A stretch of DNA of 21,506 nt from Abditibacteriaceae bacterium (GCA_031372065.1 JANMKN010000330.1:1-21506); one strand, 5' to 3'; counted from the stretch's first letter, positions 1 through 9,475 are shown. Translations and numbers: made by a program. Notes: generated by a model not told the origin, from the letters alone.

Positions 1-285
1 CACGCCCTGAGCGGTCAGAAATCGTTTTACGGACGCGCCGAAGGCATTTTTTACGGCAAATACCAATACAACGACCAAAATAGCGCCGCACAAAATTCTT
101 ATATGCTCGCCAATTTCCGTGCGGGCATCAAAGGCGAAAAATGGTTCGCAGAAGGCTGGCTGCGCAATGCCTTCGATAAGAACTATGTGCCAATTGCTTT
201 GCCTTATGGCTTTGCGCCTTCCGGCTTCATCGGCGAACCCGGCGCGCCGCGCACCTTTGGCATTACGGCTGGTTTTTACTTTTAA
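1..285 (+). CDS. TonB-dependent receptor, C-terminal part (5' truncated by window edge)
   Basis: Frame 1 is open from base 1 to TAA at 283-285. It reads ...SYMLANFRAG...EGWLRNAFDKNY...GAPRTFGITAGFYF, the NxFDxxY / PRTFG signature and terminal Phe typical of TonB-dependent beta-barrels. Confidence 0.88.
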   Translation, partial: HALSGQKSFYGRAEGIFYGKYQYNDQNSAAQNSYMLANFRAGIKGEKWFAEGWLRNAFDKNYVPIALPYGFAPSGFIGEPGAPRTFGITAGFYF

Positions 286-325
286 AAACAAAACGGGAGA
301 GCAAATGCTCTCCCGTTTTTGTTTT
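284..325. terminator. Bidirectional intrinsic terminator
   Basis: AAAACGGGAGAGCA-AA-TGCTCTCCCGTTTT inverted repeat with A/T tracts on both sides, between convergent genes. Confidence 0.85.
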
Positions 326-408
326 ACTCGCCGTTTTCTTCGATGGCGTCTTGAATGCGCCGCTCAACGACTTTCAAATCCAACTTTGCTTGATCGCGCC
401 TGTGCGAT

Positions 409-1947
409 TTAAATTGGGATGGTGCGATCCCAATAATCCTGCACATCCATCAGCGCTATAGGTGCGATACAAGCAATGTAATTATCAGGGCGCACCAACA
501 TGCAAAACGGCTGATTGGTGCCAAAAATTTCTGCCACACGCGGCGTCAAAGCAAAGGCTTGACTTTCCATCCAGCCAGACAATTGCGGTGGCATCTGAAC
601 GAGGGTCAAATCATCAGAAAAAGTTAAAAGATGAAATTTCGGGGCGCGCAACGAATCGTAAATGCTGGCGCCGTTGGTTTCAAAATACGGCATACGATCC
701 CCGGATTTGACGGAGAAATCGTCGAAACTGTGTTCGGTGAGCGAACTTTCCCGATAATTGATGCCGATTTGGGAAATTAGCGGGAAAATCATGTTGCGAA
801 AGCCCGCAAAACCTAACAACTGCTCAAGCAATGACGGCAAAATGGTGACTCGTAAAAAGGCCAGCACGGGATTCGATCCGGCACCGGCTTCAAAAAAGCG
901 GTCAGTCGTTTTGAGAAGGTTTTTGGCGTTTGCCAATCGTTCTTCGTTGTAGGTTTCCAGCAATTCCGGCGCGGCGCGGCCTTTGATGACTATCGCTAAT
1001 TTCCACGCCAGATTATAAGCGTCCTGAATGCCGGTATTCATGCCCTGCGCGCCTGCCGGTGTGTGAATATGCGCCGCGTCTCCTGCTACGAAACAGCGGC
1101 CTGCTTGAAAATTATCCACGCGCCGCGCGTGGACTTTATAGGTTGAAAACCAGCGCACATCCGAAATATCAAGTTGCAGTTTCGCTTCCTTGATAATTTG
1201 CGCTTCAATTGCCTCATACAGCACTTCGCCTTCATTTTTGGAGGCGTTTTCGCTTTCTTCGGGAAAGGTGCCGACAATGCGATAACGTTTTTCGCCGGGC
1301 AGTGGGAAAAACGCGGTGAACACATCGCGTCCCAGACAAACTTGCACCGCATCATGAGGCAATTCCCAATCAATTTGGGCATCAGCGACGTAAAACAAAT
1401 GTGACTGCGTGTTGCCTTCAAACGACAGGCCCAAAGCATGACGAATCGGGCTTTTCGCGCCGTCGCAACCCACCAAATAGCGCGCTTCGATGAATTCTGT
1501 TGCCCCGCTGCCATTGCGGATATTGGCATAAACGCCGGTGGGAGTTTGCGTGAAATTCTCCAGCGTGCTTTGCCACATGACATCTTTGCCGTGCCGGAGC
1601 AAATAATCATACAACAGTTTTTCGTTTTTGCTTTGTTCGAGCATCAACAAAAACGGATAAGGGCTAAGTCCTTCGCCAAAGCGGGAAAGCGGCAATTCGG
1701 CGCGCACTTCGCCGCCTTCGAGCAGGCGCACTTTGTGAGTGATAACGCCCTGTTGCACTGCGTCGTGCGCTAATTCCAATTGGTCATAGATTTCCAGCGT
1801 GCGCGCTTGGACGCCGATAGCTTTTGAATAGGGCGTGAGGGTTTCGTTCTTTTCGATGAGAACGAAGTCCACATCGTAACGCGCGCATTGGCAGGCCAGC
1901 GCCAAACCTGTCGGCCCGGCTCCCACGATAAGGACATCGGTTTTCAT
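409..1947 (-). CDS. FAD-dependent monooxygenase (PheA/TfdB, FAD_binding_3 aromatic hydroxylase family)
   Basis: GAGPTG dinucleotide motif, LVGCDGAKS (DG motif), GDAAHIHTPAGAQGMNTGIQDA (GD motif), C-terminal LVRPD thioredoxin-like domain. Confidence 0.93.
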   Translation of the reverse strand: MKTDVLIVGAGPTGLALACQCARYDVDFVLIEKNETLTPYSKAIGVQARTLEIYDQLELAHDAVQQGVITHKVRLLEGGEVRAELPLSRFGEGLSPYPFLLMLEQSKNEKLLYDYLLRHGKDVMWQSTLENFTQTPTGVYANIRNGSGATEFIEARYLVGCDGAKSPIRHALGLSFEGNTQSHLFYVADAQIDWELPHDAVQVCLGRDVFTAFFPLPGEKRYRIVGTFPEESENASKNEGEVLYEAIEAQIIKEAKLQLDISDVRWFSTYKVHARRVDNFQAGRCFVAGDAAHIHTPAGAQGMNTGIQDAYNLAWKLAIVIKGRAAPELLETYNEERLANAKNLLKTTDRFFEAGAGSNPVLAFLRVTILPSLLEQLLGFAGFRNMIFPLISQIGINYRESSLTEHSFDDFSVKSGDRMPYFETNGASIYDSLRAPKFHLLTFSDDLTLVQMPPQLSGWMESQAFALTPRVAEIFGTNQPFCMLVRPDNYIACIAPIALMDVQDYWDRTIPI

Positions 1948-1962
1948 AAAGCAACTCTGAAT

Positions 1963-2415
1963 CTACTGCAATTTCTGGCGTGCTTCGTTGATAAAGTCCG
2001 ACCAAAATTCGTCGGGCGTCCACGCGCGATGCAAATCGCGCAACGCTTCGGCTTCGTCCACCTCGGTGCAAAGCACGCGATACAAATAAACGAAAGCTGC
2101 CGCGCGCTTATTGGCGACACAATGCACGAAGATTTTTCGCGGGGCGTTGAAGTTCATCAAATCGCAAAAACGCGCGACTTCTTCCATTTGGGGCGCTTCA
2201 AAAGCGACGGCGATTTGGGTGTAAATCATCCCCAAATCGCTGACGACTTTGCGCTCGTCGGGCAACGCTCCGGGCGATTCAAGCAGGCCGAGATTGATGA
2301 CCAATTCGTAACCGGCTGCTTTGATGTCAGCAAACTGTTCGGGCGAGGGCTGCCCCGCTGTGGCAAGTGATTCGGAGATTTGCAGGAACTGCGGAATGTT
2401 TTCGAGGTTGCTCAT
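1963..2415 (-). CDS. Protein-tyrosine-phosphatase-fold protein (DUF442/Blh-like sulfurtransferase or phosphatase)
   Basis: TAGQP, VINL and CX5R active-site loop FVHCVANKR; ends 15 bp upstream of the monooxygenase start. Confidence 0.85.
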   Translation of the reverse strand: MSNLENIPQFLQISESLATAGQPSPEQFADIKAAGYELVINLGLLESPGALPDERKVVSDLGMIYTQIAVAFEAPQMEEVARFCDLMNFNAPRKIFVHCVANKRAAAFVYLYRVLCTEVDEAEALRDLHRAWTPDEFWSDFINEARQKLQ

Positions 2416-2559
2416 AAATTGGACGTTTCCCTGTCAAATAACAACATTAGCTTTTGAACTGATGCATAGTTTCCGTTTTGCCCTATCCCCGTAGCAAGTT
2501 GTCGGGTTGCCTTGTTTGTGGAATCCGCCCAACTAAGTAATCGGACACAATTAATGAGG

Positions 2560-2641
2560 TTATGGAGCGCGGGCGTCCCGCCCGCATTCTGTTTTCGATT
2601 TGCGGGCGAGACGCCGGGTGCCCTCTGGGCAGACTCCATAA
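2560..2641. repeat. REP-like inverted doublet (GGAG-tagged palindrome)
   Basis: GGAGCGCGGGCGTCCCGCCCGCA (2564-2586, internal hairpin GCGGGCG-TCC-CGCCCGC) is followed by a degenerate inverted copy TGCGGGCGAGACGCCGGGTGCCCTC (2601-2625). The outer inverted repeat is TTATGGAG/CTCCATAA. Confidence 0.65.
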
Positions 2642-2719
2642 TGACCTAACTCAAGCGAATTCTGTCCGCCTACTTATGAATCAGCTTCTTTGATTTTGCA
2701 TTTTAATTCGCCTTGCAGC

Positions 2720-2747
2720 TTGACACTTTAATCATTTTTGTTAGAAT
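2720..2747 (+). promoter_or_regulatory. Sigma70-type promoter
   Basis: TTGACA (2720-2725), 16-nt spacer, extended -10 TGnTAGAAT (TAGAAT 2742-2747), in an AT-rich intergenic tract. Confidence 0.7.
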
Positions 2748-2801
2748 GGAAGCAATCAATTTTATTTTGCGTGCGTTTGTTGTTTATTTTCGGGTATCGT
2801 C

Positions 2802-3407
2802 ATGCGTATTCATGGCTCGATTTTCAACTTATTCCTTTTTCGGCCCTCTAATGCGGCCCGTTTTTTGACGTTTGCCCGCTTTGAAAAACCGTCTGCGAAT
2901 ATGCGCTACGACGGCGCCGACGTCAAAACAGCGCCAAAACGAATCCTAACTCACAATTTCTCCGTTCCGCGTTTAATCTGCCGCTCCCTCAGCCTCCCGA
3001 TGGCTCCGCCGAATGATTCTGCGCTGTTGCGAAACGATTCCGCGCTGGCGCGGAGCGATTCCGCGCTGGCGCGGAGCAATTCCGCGCTGGCGCGGAGCAA
3101 TTCCGCGCTGGCGCGGAGCAATTCTGCGCTGGCGCGGAGCAATTCTGCGCTGGCGCGGAGCAATTCTGCGCTGGCGCGGAGCAATTCTGCGCTGGCGCAG
3201 AGTAATTCTGCGCTGTTGCGCAACAGTTCCGCGCTGGCGCAGAATAATTCTGCGCTGTTGCGCTACGATTTCCCGCAGGCGCGAACCCATTGCGCGCCGC
3301 CGCGCCGCGATTGTTCGTGGGCGCTCGACCTTCTCGCGCCGCCGCGAAGCAATTTCGCGCGGTGGCACGGCTCCGGCGCGCTGTTTTGTTGTGGTTTCGC
3401 GCTGTGA
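2802..3407 (+). CDS. Possible heptad-repeat ORF (NSALARS)n spanning the 21-bp array; may be non-coding
   Basis: Open across the whole array, downstream of the promoter. Several unit differences are synonymous in this frame (TCC/TCT, CGG/CGA/CGC, AGC/AGT, AAC/AAT). No Shine-Dalgarno. Confidence 0.3.
   Translation: MRIHGSIFNLFLFRPSNAARFLTFARFEKPSANMRYDGADVKTAPKRILTHNFSVPRLICRSLSLPMAPPNDSALLRNDSALARSDSALARSNSALARSNSALARSNSALARSNSALARSNSALARSNSALAQSNSALLRNSSALAQNNSALLRYDFPQARTHCAPPRRDCSWALDLLAPPRSNFARWHGSGALFCCGFAL
3015..3266. repeat. Tandem array of 12 quasi-palindromic 21-bp units (consensus AATTCYGCGCTGGCGCGGAGC), with an in-register degenerate extension to about 3413
   Basis: Units start at 3015, 3036, 3057, 3078, 3099, 3120, 3141, 3162, 3183, 3204, 3225 and 3246. 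There are no spacers. Degenerate units continue at 3267, 3288, 3330, 3351 and 3393. Confidence 0.97.
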
Positions 3408-3442
3408 GACCGCCTAAATCCTCCTAAGGAAAAGGAAAAACG

Positions 3443-4138
3443 ATGGCAAAGAACTATTTAAAACCCTCCGATGCTGAACGCGTGGAATGGTGGCAGAACT
3501 TCATGCCCAAAGTAGAGGCCTACCAAACCACCCTCGACCTGACTGACCCAGACGTCGCCACAGTCTTGGCTGATGGCGCCATGTTCATTTATTTGGTGAC
3601 CAAACGCGTGCCTGCGATGAACACGGCGGCTAAGGCGCAAAGGAGTTACAAAAACCTGATCGCTGATGGCCCCATCGGCACACCGGCTGGTGCTCCACCG
3701 GCGTTGCCCACCGTGTCGGCGCCGCCCGCGACGGTGCCCGCTGGCATTTGGCCGCGCACGCGCGCTTTGGTGCAACGCATCAAGCGCGCCGCGAATTACA
3801 CCGAAGCCATCGGCACCGATTTATGGATCATCGGCACCGACGAGGAGATTGACCCCAACACGGCCAAACCAACCTTCACCGCCACCGCCTTGTCGGATGG
3901 CGAAGTGCGCTTGAAATGGGTCAAAGGCGCCTTTGATGGTGTTGTCATCGAAGGCCGCGCGCCCGGCGCGGCGACGTGGATTGCGCTGGGCATTGACCAT
4001 TTCAGCCCCTTCGTAGATACTCGCGACAACGCCACACCCGGCCAACCCGAAGTGCGCGAATATCGTATGCGCTATTTGGAAAAAGACGACCAAATCGGCG
4101 AATGGAGCGATGTCGTCAGCGTAACCACCAAGCCGTAA
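3443..4138 (+). CDS. Hypothetical protein: N-terminal helical domain, Pro/Ala linker, C-terminal fibronectin-III-like beta-sandwich
   Basis: Strong RBS (AAGGAAAAGGA) and coding-like codon use; no signal peptide. The C-terminus VRLKW...TW...PFVD...EYRMRY...IGEWSDVVSVT resembles FN3. Confidence 0.85.
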   Translation: MAKNYLKPSDAERVEWWQNFMPKVEAYQTTLDLTDPDVATVLADGAMFIYLVTKRVPAMNTAAKAQRSYKNLIADGPIGTPAGAPPALPTVSAPPATVPAGIWPRTRALVQRIKRAANYTEAIGTDLWIIGTDEEIDPNTAKPTFTATALSDGEVRLKWVKGAFDGVVIEGRAPGAATWIALGIDHFSPFVDTRDNATPGQPEVREYRMRYLEKDDQIGEWSDVVSVTTKP

Positions 4139-4143
4139 CGTGC

Positions 4144-4182
4144 TTTTAGGGAGCGTGGGCAAGTTGCCCGCGCTCCCTAAAA
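4144..4182. terminator. Hairpin, probable terminator, related to the REP-like element at 2564
   Basis: TTTTAGGGAGCGTGGGC-AAGTT-GCCCGCGCTCCCTAAAA; the arm GGAGCGTGGGC matches GGAGCGCGGGC at 2564-2574. Confidence 0.7.
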
Positions 4183-4219
4183 CGCCGCCCTGTGCGGCAA
4201 TATTGTTAAGGAGATTGTA

Positions 4220-6178
4220 ATGTTGAATCAAAGATTGAAAGAAAAACTCGTCTCTATCGCGCGCCCTGCGCTGTGTAGTCTCATCATCCTTGCCACGGCA
4301 GCCCTGAGCGCACCGGCGGAGGCAAAGATCGCTTTTACTTCTGATAGGGATGGACAGGATGGGACCGGTGAAATTTATGTTATGAACGACGATGGCTCAA
4401 ACCAAACGCGATTGACGTTCAATGATTTCGGAGATGTCGAGCCATCTTTCAGCGGTGATGGCAGCAAAATTACGTTCCGTTCTGAGCGCGATGGCAATTG
4501 GGAGATTTACATCATGAACGCCGATGGAACAAATCAGACACGGCTCACGGATAATAGCACTTTGGATTTTGGTCCTAAGCTTAGTCATGATGGCAGCAAA
4601 ATCACTTTCATGAGCGAACAACCGGCTGGCCGACAGATATTCGTCATGGATGCAGATGGTTCCAATCAGGTAAATATCTCAAATGACAACGTTGGCGAGA
4701 GCGAACCAACCTTCAGCCCGGACGACAGCAAAATTTTATTCAGGGCCGACTATGGTGGTGGGCATGATATTACTATAATGGAGGTGGATGGCACCAATCG
4801 TGTGCGTCTGACCTCTACTCCAAGTGGCTCACCCACTCCACAATCTGAAGGGCCTGAAAACAGCCCGGATGGCAGCAAACTCGTGTTTCACTCCAATCGA
4901 GACGGCGATTGGGAGATCTACATTGCTAACTCGGACGGGACAGGAGGAACTCGCCTTACTAATTCTACAGGCTACGACACTCATGCTGTTTTCAGCCCAG
5001 ATAGCGGACGGTTGGCCTTTCACTCCGTCCGCACCGGATTGTATGAGATATTTACCATGAACGTAGATGGAACCGATCTCGTTCAATTAACGGCAGACAC
5101 GGCAACTAACGGTGAACCTTCTTGGGCGTCGGGTAACGTGCCGAATCTTCCAACTGTAACTATCAACAACGTGACATCTACTGAGGGAAACTCCGGCACC
5201 ACCGACGCGACGTTCACGGTGACGCTCAACGCGGCCAAAGCGCAGCCGGTTACGGTGAATTACGCCACAGCCAACAATACGGCCAAACAACCGGCAGACT
5301 ACACCATCATCTCCGGCACGCTGAATTTCGCTGCCGGCGAAACCACGAAAACAATCTTGGTGCCGATTGTGGGCGACACATCAGATGAAGCCAACGAAAC
5401 GTTTTTCGTCAATCTGTCCAGTGCCACCAACGCCACCATCGCTGACAGCTTGGGCGTCGGCATTATCACCGATGATGATGCTTTGCCCACTTTGAGTATC
5501 GGGGACGCTACCGCCGTCATGGAAGACGGTGCGGGTGCACGTAACTCGCTTTATGTCGTCACTCTCAGTGGCGCGACCAATCGCACCGTCAAAGTCAACT
5601 ACGCCACGGGAATATCTGCCGCCGTTGGCAGTGCAACTTCGGGCGTTGACTTCACTGCCGTTAGCGGCACGATGACTTTCGCTCCCGGTCAGACCACAAA
5701 GACCATCGTGGTGCCAGTGCTGCCTGACAATCTGGATGAAACGAACGAAGTCATTCGTGTCAATCTGAGTGGTGTCAGTTTGGCTTCTATCACTAAAGGT
5801 CAAGGAGTGGGCAGCATTACCGACAACGATGCGACTCCCACGCTTTCCATTACTGATGTGATGCAAAACGAAGGCAATTCGGGCACCACCAACTTCGTTT
5901 TCACCGTGAGCCTGTCAGCAGCCAGCGGTCAGACTGTGACAGCGAGTTATCAAACAGACAATGGCACGGCGATCAAGCCGGGCGATTATACCGGTAAAGC
6001 GGGCACCCTAACTTTTGCACCGGGCGAGACTATCAAGACGATTTCCGTTGTCGTCAAGGGTGAAGTCCTCAACGAAGCCGATGAGACGTTTCTGGTGAAT
6101 CTAAGCAATGCTGTCAATGCCAGCTTTGCTAAGAATCAGGGCACCGGCACCATTCTTAACGATGATGCTTCGGGGTAA
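4220..6178 (+). CDS. Secreted protein with TolB-like PD40 beta-propeller and three Calx-beta domains
   Basis: RBS AAGGAG; signal peptide ending AEA-K. Repeated PxFSxDGSKIxFxSxRDGxWEIYxMxxDG blades are followed by three EGNSG/TVNYAT...DY...[14 protein letters not shown]...DExNETFxVNLS...GTIxxDD units. Confidence 0.92.
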   Translation: MLNQRLKEKLVSIARPALCSLIILATAALSAPAEAKIAFTSDRDGQDGTGEIYVMNDDGSNQTRLTFNDFGDVEPSFSGDGSKITFRSERDGNWEIYIMNADGTNQTRLTDNSTLDFGPKLSHDGSKITFMSEQPAGRQIFVMDADGSNQVNISNDNVGESEPTFSPDDSKILFRADYGGGHDITIMEVDGTNRVRLTSTPSGSPTPQSEGPENSPDGSKLVFHSNRDGDWEIYIANSDGTGGTRLTNSTGYDTHAVFSPDSGRLAFHSVRTGLYEIFTMNVDGTDLVQLTADTATNGEPSWASGNVPNLPTVTINNVTSTEGNSGTTDATFTVTLNAAKAQPVTVNYATANNTAKQPADYTIISGTLNFAAGETTKTILVPIVGDTSDEANETFFVNLSSATNATIADSLGVGIITDDDALPTLSIGDATAVMEDGAGARNSLYVVTLSGATNRTVKVNYATGISAAVGSATSGVDFTAVSGTMTFAPGQTTKTIVVPVLPDNLDETNEVIRVNLSGVSLASITKGQGVGSITDNDATPTLSITDVMQNEGNSGTTNFVFTVSLSAASGQTVTASYQTDNGTAIKPGDYTGKAGTLTFAPGETIKTISVVVKGEVLNEADETFLVNLSNAVNASFAKNQGTGTILNDDASG

Positions 6179-6182
6179 GAGT

Positions 6183-6235
6183 TAGCAGACAAAAACGGCG
6201 GCAGAATCCGATTCTGCCGCCGTTTTTGTTTGCTA
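6183..6235 (+). terminator. Intrinsic terminator
   Basis: CAAAAACGGCGGCAGAATC-C-GATTCTGCCGCCGTTTTTG inverted repeat with U tract. Confidence 0.88.
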
Positions 6236-6348
6236 CGGCGGCGCTTGGATTTGGTAAATTCTATGAGGTTTTTGGTGTTGTCAGATGTCAAAACAAAGTG
6301 AGCCAAAGCCATTTTGAGGCGTCTGGCGTGCAATTTTCGAGGAGAACA

Positions 6349-7338
6349 ATGATGAAGTTGAAACAATCGCGGCGCGTTTTGGGCGCGTTGCTCATGTGGG
6401 GCTTGCCCATAGGATTCATGGCGGCGCCGCTGCACGCGGAAAGCAAAATCGCCGTAGATGTGAACGGCGACAAAATCTATGTCACCGATGTAGAGCGAGT
6501 GATCACCATGATTAAAGATCGTGAGCCAGCTTTGCAATCGGGCAGCGAGGCCGCGCAGAAATCTCTGAAGGATTTACGCGACAGCATCACAGAAAACTTT
6601 ATTGTGCAAAAGCTCTTGATTCAAGAAGCCAACCGCCAAAAGATCGCCCTGAAAGAAGAAGATGTCGAAGCTGGTTTTAAATCGTTTAAAGCCGATTACG
6701 GCGATGAAGACGCCTTCAAAAAAGCCATCGCTGCCGAGGGCAAATCGCCCGCTGATGTGCGGCGCACGATTCAGGAAGAATTGATGCTGCGCGAATTGAC
6801 CAGCCGTATGACTGCCGACATTCAAGTGACGGATGCCGATATGCAAGCCTATTATAATGCTCATCTTGCCGAGTTCAAGGTGCCGGAAATGGTGAGGGCG
6901 CGGCATATTTTAGTGTCGTATCCTGAAAAAGCTACCGAAGCGCAGAAAAATGAAGCGCGCGCCAGAGCGAGCGATCTATTGAAAAAAGCTCAGGCCAAGG
7001 GCGCCGATTTTGGCAAGTTGGCTCGCGAGAACACCGACGATACCGGCACCAAAGATAGTGGCGGCGATTTAGATTTTGCCACCCGTGGCACCTTTGTCGC
7101 ACCCTTTGAAAAGGCAGTTTTCGGCTCTCCTCTCGGCTTACTGCCTCGCGTAGTCGAAACGGATTATGGCCTGCATATTATCCGCATCGAGCAAAAGGAG
7201 CCAGAGCGCACCCTGACATTTCAAGAAATCAAAGGCGATCAGCAATTGCGCCTTGAATTGCGGCAAGACAAAATCAAAAAGCGCATTGACGACAAAATCG
7301 CGGCGCTACGCAAAAGCGCCAAAATTACGACCTATTGA
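6349..7338 (+). CDS. PpiC-type peptidyl-prolyl isomerase / foldase (PrsA/SurA-like)
   Basis: GAGGAG RBS before ATG 6349 (ORF track start 6226 is likely too long). Signal peptide, VDVNGDKI SurA-N-like region, parvulin motifs VRARHILV, FGKLARE, GGDL, FEKAVF, ETDYGLHII. Confidence 0.92.
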   Translation: MMKLKQSRRVLGALLMWGLPIGFMAAPLHAESKIAVDVNGDKIYVTDVERVITMIKDREPALQSGSEAAQKSLKDLRDSITENFIVQKLLIQEANRQKIALKEEDVEAGFKSFKADYGDEDAFKKAIAAEGKSPADVRRTIQEELMLRELTSRMTADIQVTDADMQAYYNAHLAEFKVPEMVRARHILVSYPEKATEAQKNEARARASDLLKKAQAKGADFGKLARENTDDTGTKDSGGDLDFATRGTFVAPFEKAVFGSPLGLLPRVVETDYGLHIIRIEQKEPERTLTFQEIKGDQQLRLELRQDKIKKRIDDKIAALRKSAKITTY

Positions 7339-7363
7339 AACAGGAAGTAATCCGCAAAAATGA

Positions 7364-7408
7364 GACGCGACGGGAGAATAATTACTTTCTCCCGTCGCGT
7401 TTTGTTTT
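7364..7408 (+). terminator. Intrinsic terminator
   Basis: GACGCGACGGGAGAA...TTCTCCCGTCGCGTT followed by TTGTTTT. Confidence 0.82.
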
Positions 7409-7451
7409 GGATGCCGCTGTCTGCCATCGGGCGCGTAGTTCGTTAAAATAG

Positions 7452-8762
<1,311 letters not shown>

Positions 8763-8765
<3 letters not shown>

Positions 8766-8850
8766 CTTTTAGCGATTAGCGGTTAGCTTTTAGCTGCTTC
8801 GCAGGCCATTTATAAAGAGCTAACCGCTAAAAGCTAACCGCTAAAAGCTG
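8763..8850. repeat. Inverted pair of heptamer tandem repeats (TAGCNNT)x5 / (ANNGCTA)x5
   Basis: Left arm 8763-8797: TAGCTTT TAGCGAT TAGCGGT TAGCTTT TAGCTGC. Right arm 8816-8850: AGAGCTA ACCGCTA AAAGCTA ACCGCTA AAAGCTG. Confidence 0.85.
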
Positions 8851-8864
8851 AAAAAGGGCTAACA

Positions 8865-9413
8865 ATGCACCATCAATCGAAACTCAGCCCGCGCCAGTCG
8901 GAAACCGTGTTCGACGACGCATTGCCGGAATCGCCGGAAAAACTGCGAGACGAACTGTCCGCTGCCAGAACGCGCAAGCGCCGCAAGCGTAATCGTAAAC
9001 GCCATTGGTCGGTTTTGCTTATTACGGGCGCGTCTATTGGTCTGTCCGTCTTGCTGATGGCGACGATTTTTTCGGTGCGCGCCGAATATAATCGCTGGGC
9101 CGTGCACGTTGCCAAGAGCGATGCCGAATTAGCTGCCCTAAAAGCGCAACTGAATACCGGCGAACGTCGCTTGGCATCGCTCAAATCGCCGCAAGGCAGG
9201 CAGGAACTTTTGATTGACAATGGGTATTTGAAACCCGGTGATCGTTATCTTGAATTTCCGCCCGACGCCGACGAAAAACGGGCCGCTACCCTGCCGCCCA
9301 ATGATCTCACGCCGCATACCGAAACGTGGAGCGGTTCACCCATCAAAGATGGCTCCATTTGGCGTGGCGCGTGGGATACTTTGAGCGAAAAGTGGCACAA
9401 ATTGCGGAATTGA
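8865..9413 (+). CDS. Septum formation initiator FtsB/DivIC-like bitopic membrane protein
   Basis: Basic cytoplasmic stretch, one TM helix, coiled coil, then GYLKPGD (DivIC G-x-x-K-P-G-E/D motif). Directly downstream of eno, a conserved gene order. Confidence 0.7.
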   Translation: MHHQSKLSPRQSETVFDDALPESPEKLRDELSAARTRKRRKRNRKRHWSVLLITGASIGLSVLLMATIFSVRAEYNRWAVHVAKSDAELAALKAQLNTGERRLASLKSPQGRQELLIDNGYLKPGDRYLEFPPDADEKRAATLPPNDLTPHTETWSGSPIKDGSIWRGAWDTLSEKWHKLRN

Positions 9414-9425
9414 TGATGTCGGATG

Positions 9426-9472
9426 GAAACGGGACGCCGCCGAAAATATTCGGCGGCGTCCCGTTTCGTTTT
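9426..9472 (+). terminator. Strong hairpin between ftsB-like gene and lnt
   Basis: GAAACGGGACGCCGCCGAA-AATA-TTCGGCGGCGTCCCGTTTC, a perfect 19-bp stem, followed by GTTTT. Confidence 0.75.
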
Positions 9473-9475
9473 GAA

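Noticed and set aside
2412..2639. 75-aa minus-strand ORF
   Set aside because: Starts within the REP-like palindrome, has no RBS and no protein-like features.
2951..3223. Minus-strand coiled-coil ORF (SAELLRA)n as a real gene
   Set aside because: It has a TTG start inside the array, no RBS, and an in-frame TAG at 3263-3265 just upstream, and it is antisense to the promoter. Any 21-bp repeat yields heptads. Not excluded, but unsupported.
3015..3266. CRISPR array
   Set aside because: The palindromic units are directly head-to-tail with no unique spacers, and there are no cas genes in the window.
2973..3417. Arg-rich repeat ORFs 2973-3368 (-) and 3013-3417 (+)
   Set aside because: Alternative-frame products of a GC-rich stop-free repeat; unit differences are mostly non-synonymous in these frames.
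6226..6348. N-terminal extension of the PpiC ORF
   Set aside because: Begins inside the terminator; the RBS and signal peptide point to ATG 6349.
9326..9475. N-terminal extension of lnt
   Set aside because: Overlaps the ftsB-like gene and runs through the hairpin; the hydrophobic Lnt sequence begins at about 9476.
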